Positions 46,164 through 55,081 of a DNA stretch of 64,000 nt are shown here, one piece after another. This DNA is from Sulfolobales archaeon. GTDB taxonomy: Archaea > Thermoproteota > Thermoprotei_A > Sulfolobales > NBVN01. Position 1 is the first letter of the stretch, and each line of letters starts with the position of its first letter. The notes below the pieces were generated by a model that saw only the letters and a program-made list of their open reading frames with translations, ran no database searches and was not told the DNA's origin. A program made the translations under genes and the position numbers. The DNA lies in NCBI GenBank assembly GCA_038832865.1, contig JAWBJE010000004.1, positions 14,217 through 78,216 of the forward strand. The letters run 5' to 3'.

Positions 46164-46662
46164 CCAGCCTGAGCATAGCGGCTCTTGCGAACTTCTCCTT
46201 TCTGCACTTTGGACAGACCAGGTAGTACTCTTCAGCTATCGGTGACGACTTAACTACAGTTCTGAGCTCGGCCTCAGTCCATATGGGCGCCCCGCATATC
46301 GAGCATCGAGCCAGTCTATGGATAACTCTAGACTTAAGGTCCTCTAGTGAGGTTGCTGAAAGCTCGAACTCCTTAGTTACCTCTATAGCCTTAGCTGGAC
46401 ATACTTCAGCACACATACCGCAGAATATGCACCTACCCACGAAGTACTCGAGTGTAGCTTCCTTTCCAGCTGGCTTGAGAGTTAGAGCGTTGGGTGGGCA
46501 GACCTTCACACACGCTCCACAACCCCAGCACTTCGATGGATCGATCTTCACAGCACCTCTAAACTCGGGAGTAAGTAGAGGAGGTTCATACGGGTACCTC
46601 CTAGTGACCCGACCGGTTCTTAAGGCAATCTCTAGGATCCTAGCTACAGACATTCTAAACAC
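46147..46662 (-). CDS. 2x[4Fe-4S] subunit, NuoI/HycF/MbhN-like, with extra C-terminal CxxC...CxxC tail
   Basis: CWGCGACVKVCP and CIFCGMCAEVCP, plus CSICG(x26)CPKC at the C-terminus. Confidence 0.85.
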   Translation of the reverse strand: MFRMSVARILEIALRTGRVTRRYPYEPPLLTPEFRGAVKIDPSKCWGCGACVKVCPPNALTLKPAGKEATLEYFVGRCIFCGMCAEVCPAKAIEVTKEFELSATSLEDLKSRVIHRLARCSICGAPIWTEAELRTVVKSSPIAEEYYLVCPKCRKEKFARAAMLRLGAGSE

Positions 46663-48277
46663 CCTGCTTTAGCCTAATGAAGCTCTTCCTACCAGACCTT
46701 ACGTCCAACACCGTAACCCTATCGGTACAGGAGAAGCAGGGGTCTATACTGGCTATCGTGAGCGGCGCGTCAGCTAGGGGAGCGCCTCTCAGCATAGCTC
46801 TTAGCGCCGGAATGTTCTGGTACGTCGGTGCCCGAACTCTCCACCTGTACGGCCTACCGACTCCAGTAATTATGAAGTGCACGTCTTCTCCTCTCGGTGC
46901 CTCGATAGCTGCTACAGCCCTTCTACCCGGAGGTATGTCGTACTCCTCGACTACTACGCTACCCCCCGGAAGCATGTCTATGAGTTGCTTGATTATCTCG
47001 ATGCTCTCAAACACCTCATCAACTCTAACAAGCAGTCTAGCTAGATTGTCTCCCTCAGTATACAGCGGAACCTTGAACGATACCCTCTTGTAGGCTAGAT
47101 ACGGATAGTCTTTTCTTACGTCTCTGTAGAGACCCGAAGCTCTAGCGACCGGGCCCACAACACTGAGGGCTCTAGCTTCGGCCTTGGTCAGAACTCCGGT
47201 ACCAGAAGCCCTCGACTTGATCTGCGGTACGGCCAGAATAGCCTTAACTAGCTCGGTAAACTCCTTTCTTAAGTCAGTAATTGTTTTGAGGGCCTTATCG
47301 ATCTTTTCCGTGTTTACGTCTTTCCTTACGCCTCCGATTAAGTTGATCCCGTAAGTCTTTCTAGAACCAGTTAAGTACTCGGCCAGCACCATAACCCGCT
47401 CGCGGATCCTCCAAGCGTGCATAAACCCCGCATCGTAACCCAGCAAGTGGGCTGCAACTCCGAGCCAGAGCAGGTGACTGTGGAGCCTCTCGACCTCGAG
47501 TACTATCGACCTAATGAACTCGGCCCTCTCAGGGATGACTATGCCAGCGGCCTTCTCGACTGCCATTACGTAGCAGGAAGAGTGGACGAACCCGCATATA
47601 CCGCATATCCTCTCGGCTAAAAACGGAATTTGCTTGTAGGTGAATCTCTGCGACTCTGCTAACTTCTCGATACCTCTATGGACGTGGAACCCTCTATACG
47701 CTACATCTACTACTCTCTCACCTTCTACGTATAGCTCGAAGTACTCTGGTTCGTGAAGTGCCGGATGATAAGGTCCAACTGGAATACCGGCTTCCTCCGG
47801 TAGCTCCCCCCGTAAGACTCTGGGAGGTTTTTCATCGTACTTAAACTCCTTTCTCAGCGGGTAAACACCCTCCGGCCAGTCCTCGGGTAGGACCAACCTC
47901 TTAGTTAACCTGCCTCTAAAGTCTATCCCCAGCAGGTCGCGGACTTCGAGCTCACACCAGTCTGCTGCTGGAACATCTGGAACTACGGAGATTGTCCAAG
48001 GGTCGTCCTGGGGAACTAAAACCCTTAAGACAGCGTCTACTCCATGATCGTCTAAACCGAAAATGTAATAAATAGCGAACAGCCCACTGAGTTCTCTCTC
48101 ATCAACACCGGCGCAAGTCTTAAGGTAGGCCCCTAAGCTGTAGAGAGCTCTAGCTGCGGCTCTAACGTTCTCCCTGGTAACTCTGAAGTATACTTCAGAG
48201 TTTCTCACCTCTTCAACGAAAGCCCCAATCCCTTCTAGAGCTTTAACAATAATTGAGAGTGGCGAATCTCTCTTCAT
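46655..48277 (-). CDS. group-4 [NiFe]-hydrogenase large subunit fused to a NuoC-like domain (HycE / MbhK+L-like)
   Basis: N-terminal 30-kDa (NuoC) domain, then a NuoD-like domain with both Ni-Fe ligand pairs retained: ERICGICGFVHSSC and DPCFSCTDR, followed by a short C-terminal extension. Confidence 0.92.
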   Translation of the reverse strand: MKRDSPLSIIVKALEGIGAFVEEVRNSEVYFRVTRENVRAAARALYSLGAYLKTCAGVDERELSGLFAIYYIFGLDDHGVDAVLRVLVPQDDPWTISVVPDVPAADWCELEVRDLLGIDFRGRLTKRLVLPEDWPEGVYPLRKEFKYDEKPPRVLRGELPEEAGIPVGPYHPALHEPEYFELYVEGERVVDVAYRGFHVHRGIEKLAESQRFTYKQIPFLAERICGICGFVHSSCYVMAVEKAAGIVIPERAEFIRSIVLEVERLHSHLLWLGVAAHLLGYDAGFMHAWRIRERVMVLAEYLTGSRKTYGINLIGGVRKDVNTEKIDKALKTITDLRKEFTELVKAILAVPQIKSRASGTGVLTKAEARALSVVGPVARASGLYRDVRKDYPYLAYKRVSFKVPLYTEGDNLARLLVRVDEVFESIEIIKQLIDMLPGGSVVVEEYDIPPGRRAVAAIEAPRGEDVHFIITGVGRPYRWRVRAPTYQNIPALRAMLRGAPLADAPLTIASIDPCFSCTDRVTVLDVRSGRKSFIRLKQGV

Positions 48278-49128
48278 AGCCCCAACCCGAAAGAGAGAAC
48301 TAGAGTTGACGACAAGAAGAAGAGTAAAACATATAGGAACCTTACCGCTAGGTCCACCCTACTTCTTCCAAGTATAGTGCTAACTACTGTATGAACCACC
48401 CATACAACTGGGGTTGCGGCAACTACGGTTGCGAGGGAGCTCAAACCACTCAGTCCAGCAAAAGAGATGAGGGCTAGAGCTGTTAGAGTAGCAGAAACGA
48501 GCTTCTTTAAAACAGAAGAAATTGTTGCCAACCCTAGTAATGGTCCAGCGAGCTCTATGTTTACACCGGAAGCCAGCTCCGGCTCGGCTTCAGCTATGTC
48601 GTACGGTACTCTACCGCTAATGACGTATGAAGATACTGCTAACACAGCTGTTGCGATACTCCTTGAGGCTAGAGAGCCGGCACCTGAGGCGAGAAAAAGA
48701 AAGGATACGGCTAGAAATGGTTCTGCCGAGAGCATCAGGGAGAACTCTCTAAAGCCACCTACTACAGAAAATACGTTGTTTTGAGATACGGCTCTAACGA
48801 TCGCTAGAGTTGCTACAACACTAGTTAGCACTATGAAAGCCACAGACTCTGGGAGAGTTGCGTGACCTAGACCGTAGCTCGATATGTGGTACAAGATAGC
48901 CGAGGACGCTATTAGCGCCAACAATTCTAGCGCTGTCACTAGAGTGCACCAAGCACCACCTACCGGCACAACGATCTCCTTCGTGAAGAGCTTGAGTATG
49001 TCGTACCACGTCTGGAGGATCGGTGGACCGATCCTCGTGTGAATAGCTGCTCTAATCTTTCTCTCCAGTCCGTCATATACTGGTGCCAGCGCGAGAGACA
49101 AGACTGCGGCAGCTACGCTATACAGCAC
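48274..49128 (-). CDS. membrane subunit NuoH/HycD/MbhM-like
   Basis: DGLERKIRAAIHTRIGPP...YDILKLFTKE N-terminal pattern. About 8 TM segments. Confidence 0.85.
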   Translation of the reverse strand: MLYSVAAAVLSLALAPVYDGLERKIRAAIHTRIGPPILQTWYDILKLFTKEIVVPVGGAWCTLVTALELLALIASSAILYHISSYGLGHATLPESVAFIVLTSVVATLAIVRAVSQNNVFSVVGGFREFSLMLSAEPFLAVSFLFLASGAGSLASRSIATAVLAVSSYVISGRVPYDIAEAEPELASGVNIELAGPLLGLATISSVLKKLVSATLTALALISFAGLSGLSSLATVVAATPVVWVVHTVVSTILGRSRVDLAVRFLYVLLFFLSSTLVLSFGLGL

Positions 49129-49441
49129 CCCTCAACACCACAACCACTAGCATTGCTATAGTGGTTAGGACTCCAGCTAGTAGAGACGAAAAAGCTACTG
49201 ACGTCTCGAGAGACCGCCTAAACCACTCGAGGTACCTGATTGCGATAGTTGCGTACTTCCTAAAGTCGAACTCTACGATAGCGAAGTACTGCGGAAGGTT
49301 TATTATCGACCTCATGACTTTGGCGAAGACGTAGCTGGCTCTAGACCCTTTTTGCTCTACTAGTGGACCACTTAGCTCAGTAACTCGATCGAAGAAGACG
49401 GAGCTATCTACAAACATGAGCTTCTTAATGTACTCTTCCAT
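49118..49441 (-). CDS. hypothetical small subunit with C-terminal TM helix
   Basis: 107 aa, wedged between the HycC-like and HycD-like genes and overlapping the latter by 11 nt. No motif recognised. Confidence 0.45.
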   Translation of the reverse strand: MEEYIKKLMFVDSSVFFDRVTELSGPLVEQKGSRASYVFAKVMRSIINLPQYFAIVEFDFRKYATIAIRYLEWFRRSLETSVAFSSLLAGVLTTIAMLVVVVLRGAV

Positions 49442-49470
49442 TCTCCTTACTACGCTCGACCTAACGTGGC

Positions 49471-50979
49471 TCAGGGTCTAGCACCCCCTAGCCAAACTTC
49501 GTCTTTTCTACCACGCTTTAGGACTATGTAGGTAATCCATCCAGCGATGCCGAATAGAGCACTAAATAGAGTGAGTAGAGCAAGTACTTGCGGAACTAGG
49601 TCGACTATTGGACCGGGTGCTAGGCTCCCGACTACGTAGTACGTAAGGACTAGTGACGACACTGATAGAGATAATACGTAAGGAACTAGCTTCATACCGG
49701 ACGGGTCTAGCTCCTCGTATCTGTAAGTCGGGTTGCCCATGTGTGCTAGAAGGTACCTAACGCTATACCCTATAGATAGCGCTACTTCAAAAGCTACGAC
49801 CAACGTGATAGCTAGGTAGACCCAGGATACCGGTATGTGGCTAGCTAGCGTCATGAAGACTACGAGCTTGTTTAGAAAGCCAAGTGTCGGAGGAACACCA
49901 ACTAGTGAGAGAACAGACATTAACGCAGAAAGAGTCTCGCCGGGGGCTACTCTAGATACGTACCCGAGTTTCTCGAGCGTTCTAGTGTGGGTCAGTAGCT
50001 CTATCACGCCGGAGTCCATAAACAGGGATGCTTTGTAGATAGCGTGAGCAGCGGCATATATGGTGACTGCCGTCAGAAAGTCTGAGGACCCGGACATCAC
50101 GTATAGCCCTATGAGTAGAGTCATAGTGCTCGTATGGGATACGGTGCTGTAAGCCAAGATCCTCTTGATATCCGACTGGACGAGGGCTTGAAGGCCTCCG
50201 TAGATAGCCGTTAAGGACCCGAACACGAGGCATGTCACTGCGGCAACGCCTACATCAACCGCGTGCGACAATGCCAACCTGACTAAACCGTACACCCCCA
50301 TCTTAACCATGAGGCCCGAGAGGACTGCCGACCCGGGCGATGGGGCCATAGAGTGAGCATCCGGGAGCCAGAAGTGAAGTGGGGCTACAGCCGCCTTCGC
50401 CATGAAGCCCAGCATGGCGATAACCGTTAGAACGGGCGACCTCAGGTCGATCGCTATCGATGTGAGTGGGGTGCTCATGGATGGGCCAAGGCCGGCAAGA
50501 GCTAGCAGTAGGAGCAGGGAGAGGTCCGCCGGAACCATAGACACGATAAGGTATCTTAGTCCGGCCGACCAAGCCCTAGGATTTGTTCCTACTATAGCGT
50601 CGTAAACTACAACGAAGAAACCTAACATTTCGGCTATCAACCATAGGGCGACCAGCTCTATTAGGTACTTAGACGTGAACACTAATGCTGTAGAGAGAGT
50701 AAAGAAGTCTACTAGCAGCTGCAGAGCTCCAGTACCGTACTTCCTGTACGAGTACCCGAACGTGTACAAAGTGACTAGAGAAGCGGTAACGACCGAAACC
50801 ACCAAGAGTACCGATGGAAACGCCTCCAGGTACCAGTCGTGGAGCAGTAGCAAGAGAACTAGAAAACCGAGGACTCTCAGTGTGGCACCTACTCTACTTG
50901 CCCTAGTGAAACCTAGGTTGCCGAGGAAGAGTAGCGACATCGAGGCAGCATAGATGGAGTACCTCGAGAGGTCTATCAC
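49471..50979 (-). CDS. antiporter-like membrane subunit, NuoL/HycC-like
   Basis: Proton_antipo_M pattern HFWLPDAHSMAPSPGSAVLSGLMVKMGVYG. 502 aa, polytopic. Confidence 0.85.
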   Translation of the reverse strand: MIDLSRYSIYAASMSLLFLGNLGFTRASRVGATLRVLGFLVLLLLLHDWYLEAFPSVLLVVSVVTASLVTLYTFGYSYRKYGTGALQLLVDFFTLSTALVFTSKYLIELVALWLIAEMLGFFVVVYDAIVGTNPRAWSAGLRYLIVSMVPADLSLLLLLALAGLGPSMSTPLTSIAIDLRSPVLTVIAMLGFMAKAAVAPLHFWLPDAHSMAPSPGSAVLSGLMVKMGVYGLVRLALSHAVDVGVAAVTCLVFGSLTAIYGGLQALVQSDIKRILAYSTVSHTSTMTLLIGLYVMSGSSDFLTAVTIYAAAHAIYKASLFMDSGVIELLTHTRTLEKLGYVSRVAPGETLSALMSVLSLVGVPPTLGFLNKLVVFMTLASHIPVSWVYLAITLVVAFEVALSIGYSVRYLLAHMGNPTYRYEELDPSGMKLVPYVLSLSVSSLVLTYYVVGSLAPGPIVDLVPQVLALLTLFSALFGIAGWITYIVLKRGRKDEVWLGGARP

Positions 50980-51470
50980 TAGGTCTCACCTAGCTGAACT
51001 ATGCGCGCTAGTGCCCTCTTCTTTATCTCGTCTCCTACGGCCTTGGGTCCGCCCATTAGTATAGCCCTACTGGGGCACATCGCCACGCAGGCCGGAGTCA
51101 ATCCGTCGCTCCTTAGCGCTCTACACAGATCGCACTTTATCGACGTTTTCGTAACCTCGCTGTAGTCAGGTATACCGAACGGACAAGCGTACAGGCAGGC
51201 CATGCAGCCGATGCACCTAGACAGCTCAACGTATACTGCTCCCTGCGAGTCCCTCCTCATAGCACCGGTCGGGCAGGCCTCAACGCAAGGAGCTTTACTA
51301 CAGTGGAAGCACGATATAGGTCTTTTGACTCCTCCCCAAAGCTCGTAGAGCTTTATGAACGGACCTAGCTCGTGCACAAACTCGCATACAGCTTCGCAGG
51401 TTCCGCAACCCATGCACTTCGAGTAGTCTATTACCCTTAGTAGAACTCCGGAGTCGGGCACTCTCATCAC
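50979..51470 (-). CDS. 4x[4Fe-4S] electron-transfer subunit, HycB/DmsB-type
   Basis: 16 Cys in four motifs: CMGCGTCEAVC, CFHCSKAPCVEACP, CIGCMACLYACP and CDLC...CVAMCP. Confidence 0.85.
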   Translation of the reverse strand: MMRVPDSGVLLRVIDYSKCMGCGTCEAVCEFVHELGPFIKLYELWGGVKRPISCFHCSKAPCVEACPTGAMRRDSQGAVYVELSRCIGCMACLYACPFGIPDYSEVTKTSIKCDLCRALRSDGLTPACVAMCPSRAILMGGPKAVGDEIKKRALARIVQLGET

Positions 51471-52537
51471 CTCGCTACGAGGGTCTTAACAGACAAAAAC
51501 TTGTCCACCTCCTTTGCCGCGAGTAATCCCAGCCTAACGGCCTGACCTATCTTCGAAGGACCTGTTACCACATCTCCAGCAGCAAATATGTTAGTACCCG
51601 GCACTCGATATGTCCTATCCACAATCATCCTGCCGTCCTTACCTACGTACTTACCTATACCACCACACTCGGAAGCCACCGGAGGCGTGGGGATCTCACC
51701 TATAGCTGCTATAACCAGGTCGGCTGCTACCTCGAACTCGCTACCAGGGATGGGGACAGGCCTCGGCCTGCCCGTCTCGTCCGGTTCCCCAAGCTTCATC
51801 CTCTGGAATACTACTCCCCTAGCGATACCGTTCTCGACTACGATACTCTTTGGTGCGGCGAGCTCTATCCAGTTCACACCTAGTCTCATTAGCCTCCTTA
51901 TTTCATATTCTCCGGCTGGTGCCTCCTTTATAGTCCTTCGGTAGACTAGGTACACCTCTTGAGCCCCCTTCATTAAGCTCTCTTCAGCAGCATCTATAGC
52001 ACTGAGACCCCCGCCTACAATCACGACCCTCCTCAGGCTACCCAAGTGACTGGCCCTGAGGCCTAGCTCCTCGAGATGTAAGTCGAGTAGGAACTCTAGT
52101 GCCGACATAACGTTCTTAGCGTCGTCCCCAGGGATGCCGAGCCGCCTAGAGCGCCACGTCCCGGTAGCAACGAGTACTGCGTCGTAGCCTTCAGCGAGCT
52201 TGAGCATGTCTAGCGAGTTTGTGGCCAGCTCGTCACCCTCGTCCCTCCTCTCACCACAAAATACTTTAGTAGATAGAGTAAACTTTACGCCGAACTTGCC
52301 TTTGAGTTCCTCTACCCCCTCCATGATGCTGTCTAGCGGGATCCTGTACTTGGGGATGGCGAAAGTCATCATACCGCCAGGCATCGGTAGCTTTTCGTAG
52401 ACGTCGACCTCGTAACCCCTACACACGAGAAAACCTGCCGCAGATAGCCCTGCAGGTCCGGCACCGATGATCGCTACCTTATGGTGAGAGGCGCCGGGCC
52501 TCTGCCGGCAAAGGAATGCGAACCTCATTTTCTCCAC
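51467..52537 (-). CDS. GltD/SudA-like FAD- and NAD(P)H-binding oxidoreductase lacking the N-terminal Fe-S domain
   Basis: VAIIGAGPAGLSAAGFL...YEKLPMPGG (FAD), VVIVGGGLSAIDAAEE (NAD(P)H), AAGDVVTGP. Only 356 aa. Overlaps the HycB-like gene by 4 nt. Confidence 0.8.
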   Translation of the reverse strand: MEKMRFAFLCRQRPGASHHKVAIIGAGPAGLSAAGFLVCRGYEVDVYEKLPMPGGMMTFAIPKYRIPLDSIMEGVEELKGKFGVKFTLSTKVFCGERRDEGDELATNSLDMLKLAEGYDAVLVATGTWRSRRLGIPGDDAKNVMSALEFLLDLHLEELGLRASHLGSLRRVVIVGGGLSAIDAAEESLMKGAQEVYLVYRRTIKEAPAGEYEIRRLMRLGVNWIELAAPKSIVVENGIARGVVFQRMKLGEPDETGRPRPVPIPGSEFEVAADLVIAAIGEIPTPPVASECGGIGKYVGKDGRMIVDRTYRVPGTNIFAAGDVVTGPSKIGQAVRLGLLAAKEVDKFLSVKTLVAR

Positions 52538-52554
52538 TCCTCAGTTGTTCTAAC

Positions 52555-52566
52555 CTTTTTAAATAC
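52555..52566 (-). promoter_or_regulatory. candidate internal promoter (minus-strand GTATTTAAAAAGG) ahead of the gltD-like gene
   Basis: An A/T-rich TATA-like box in the 68-bp gap after the MrpD-like gene. Its centre is about 22 nt from the GTG at 52537 and about 32 nt from the ATG at 52528. Confidence 0.35.
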
Positions 52567-52605
52567 GCCATGCGACTGCTTATATTGTATAAACGAGGCA
52601 CAGCC

Positions 52606-54153
52606 TCATGCGCCCATGACAGCTCTAACGTAGCTGACGTAGTCCATTGCTGCTCTACCGGCATCCGCTATGATGCTACTCACTTCAGGTACAGCTATAA
52701 CCGCAACTCCGAGTATGACTAGCGCTAGAGTCGTTATAGCTATGACCACCTTAGGTACCCAGCAGCTACGCAGTCTTGGGTCCTCCCTAGTCTTTGGTGC
52801 CGACTTAGCGAGGTAGTTCATGAGCCTAACGTAGCCTACCCCCGATATACCCGTTGATACTACGAGCACTACCGCACTCGCCAGGTAGCCTACCTCTAGG
52901 ACGGCCATGAATATGAACAACTTGCTCCAGAAGCCTACGAGTAGTGGTACTATGCCGAAGAGGTTAAGGAGTCCCACCACGAAGGCTGTAGACGCCAGCT
53001 TACTCCTTCTTAAAGCACCGAGGCTGTCTAGGGACCTACCCGCAGCTACTATCGCTATGCCGGCCGCATAAAAGAGAAGGGCTTCACTGAGGGAGTTGGA
53101 GATGAGCTGGAGTACCGCTGCCGAAACGCCTCTCTCAGTACCGGTAGTAGTAGCCATGAACGCCAGACCCATGTGACTGATCGTGCTATAGGCGATGAAT
53201 TTCTTGATGTCTGTTTGGACGAGCAATAGTAAGGCCCCGACGAGAGCCGAGAGAGCCCCCAACCCGTGGAGTAGCAACAGGATGTCGCACCTTAAGGCCT
53301 CTATGACGCTTCCCGCACCGAATAGCGTGTAGAGAAACCTCATGACTCCGTAGGCACCTATTAAGTCGATAACGGCTACGAAGAGGGCCGAGACGGGTGT
53401 CGGAGCCTCCGGGTTAGCGTCCGGAAGCCAGAAGTGGTTGGGGAATATGGCGGCCTTAAAGGTAAAGGTCCAGGCAGATAAAGCTATCGCTACAGCTGTA
53501 GAAAAAGCTATGTTGCCGAAGACACCGCCACTATAAGCAACTACCGCTTCCGGATGCCTCGACTTCATGGCTATGTCTGCCATATTGAGGGTTCCGTAGG
53601 AGCCGTACACTACGAACGCTGCCAATAGGTACAGCGAAGTAGCTACCATACCAACTATCGCATACCTGATTGACGCCTCTATAGCCCTGGGGTTGTCTCT
53701 GTAGAAGGAGACCAGGACGTAGGCTGAAAGAGACAGAACTTCAAGCATTACGAAGAAGTTAAATACGTCGCCAGTATATAGACAGCCTACCGACCCCGCA
53801 CCTAGTGTCAGCATGAACGTGTAATATAAGTATTCGTTGCGCGACCTAACCATCCATGTGCTGTATAGAGTGGACATAGTGAGTATGAACATAGATAAGA
53901 GAGCTAGAGTGCTGCTCAGGGAGTCTATAGTGTAAACTATGCCGAGCGGCGGCCTGAAGCCCCCGAACCAGTAGGTAACCACTCTGCCTCCGCTGGTCTC
54001 TAGAGCCACGGCTAGCGCCATGAATAAACCGACTATACACACGGCTATTGAATAGGCACGGAAGAACTTGGGGTTCTTGATTACTAGAGAGAGTCCTGGC
54101 AGGAGGAACGCTGCGCCCACTAGGAATAAGGGGAGTAGTCCAGCCAACAACAC
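52606..54153 (-). CDS. antiporter-like subunit MrpD/MnhD/NuoN (MbhH-like)
   Basis: HFWLPDANPEAPTPVSALFVAVIDLIGAYG. 515 aa, polytopic. Confidence 0.88.
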   Translation of the reverse strand: MLLAGLLPLFLVGAAFLLPGLSLVIKNPKFFRAYSIAVCIVGLFMALAVALETSGGRVVTYWFGGFRPPLGIVYTIDSLSSTLALLSMFILTMSTLYSTWMVRSRNEYLYYTFMLTLGAGSVGCLYTGDVFNFFVMLEVLSLSAYVLVSFYRDNPRAIEASIRYAIVGMVATSLYLLAAFVVYGSYGTLNMADIAMKSRHPEAVVAYSGGVFGNIAFSTAVAIALSAWTFTFKAAIFPNHFWLPDANPEAPTPVSALFVAVIDLIGAYGVMRFLYTLFGAGSVIEALRCDILLLLHGLGALSALVGALLLLVQTDIKKFIAYSTISHMGLAFMATTTGTERGVSAAVLQLISNSLSEALLFYAAGIAIVAAGRSLDSLGALRRSKLASTAFVVGLLNLFGIVPLLVGFWSKLFIFMAVLEVGYLASAVVLVVSTGISGVGYVRLMNYLAKSAPKTREDPRLRSCWVPKVVIAITTLALVILGVAVIAVPEVSSIIADAGRAAMDYVSYVRAVMGA

Positions 54154-54159
54154 TCTTCA

Positions 54160-54675
54160 TCACCCGAAGATCTTCTGTGCGTACTTCTCGAACTCTGCCG
54201 ATATCTCCTCCCTGGCTTTAGCTGGCTCGTAGGTGGTTGCTGTGAGCCAGTGCACGAAGAAAACCTTCCTCTTAGTATCTACTTGAACTACTACAGTGCC
54301 TGGGGTATTCGTTATGGAGCCCGCTATTAGAGTCATACCATAGCTCGTACCAACGTAGTATGGAACCTCGACGATCGCCGGTGAGATCTTAATCTTCCTA
54401 CTCAATACTATCCTAGCTATTCTGACGTGTGCCTTTACTTCTGCTACCAGCATGTAGTAGAAGTAGTAGGCTACGAGGTAGAACAGCCGAATTGCGTCGG
54501 ATACCTTAAGGTCCCGAGAGATCAGCACTGGCTTAACGACGACCGACGCTACTGCGGAAGCTATAACTCCTAAAACTAAGCTGAAGGCAGAGGTAGCTCC
54601 AGTAAAGACCATATAAAACGAGTATATCATAGAGAACACAGCTAGGTAGCTGAAGACCCTACCCAACGGAACCAC
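54160..54675 (-). CDS. MrpE/MnhE-like subunit (MbhA-like)
   Basis: Two N-terminal TM helices and the MnhE-type ITNTPGTVVV motif. Confidence 0.75.
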   Translation of the reverse strand: MVPLGRVFSYLAVFSMIYSFYMVFTGATSAFSLVLGVIASAVASVVVKPVLISRDLKVSDAIRLFYLVAYYFYYMLVAEVKAHVRIARIVLSRKIKISPAIVEVPYYVGTSYGMTLIAGSITNTPGTVVVQVDTKRKVFFVHWLTATTYEPAKAREEISAEFEKYAQKIFG

Positions 54676-55081
54676 CCTCCATAATTCTTACGTGAGTCGT
54701 TTTGTAGTGTCTGTAGTACATAACTATCAGACCAACTAAAAACATGTAGACAGCTAAACCGATGACTATAGCAGTTAGAACTAGAGCCTGCGGTACGGGG
54801 TCGACTGCGGTCTCAGCAAATGTGGCTAGCTCACTGAGGTCTTCCGGCACAGAGCTGAGTACAGCTATTGACGGATAGGTGTCGCTCACGCGTCTAAACC
54901 CGATCGCGATAGCGAAGCTGTTTAGGGTATCTGAGAATATGGTTAAGCATATGAACTTCTTCACTAGAGAGGGCCTCGTGAAGACTCCGTATAGTGATAT
55001 CCCAATGTTAACTACTAACGAGAGAACTACTACAGTATAGAGAGTTATCACTAAGTCACTCATACCACTCACTCTCCCCAA
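54659..55081 (-). CDS. MrpC/MnhC / NuoK-like subunit (MbhG-like)
   Basis: Three TM helices. ALVLTAIVIGLAV is typical of MnhC/NuoK. Confidence 0.75.
   Translation of the reverse strand: MGRVSGMSDLVITLYTVVVLSLVVNIGISLYGVFTRPSLVKKFICLTIFSDTLNSFAIAIGFRRVSDTYPSIAVLSSVPEDLSELATFAETAVDPVPQALVLTAIVIGLAVYMFLVGLIVMYYRHYKTTHVRIMEGGSVG

Noticed and set aside
45613-46245. A 210-aa plus-strand ORF.
   Set aside because: It is antisense to the NuoB/HycG-like small subunit gene, and its composition is low-complexity Ser/Thr/Pro.
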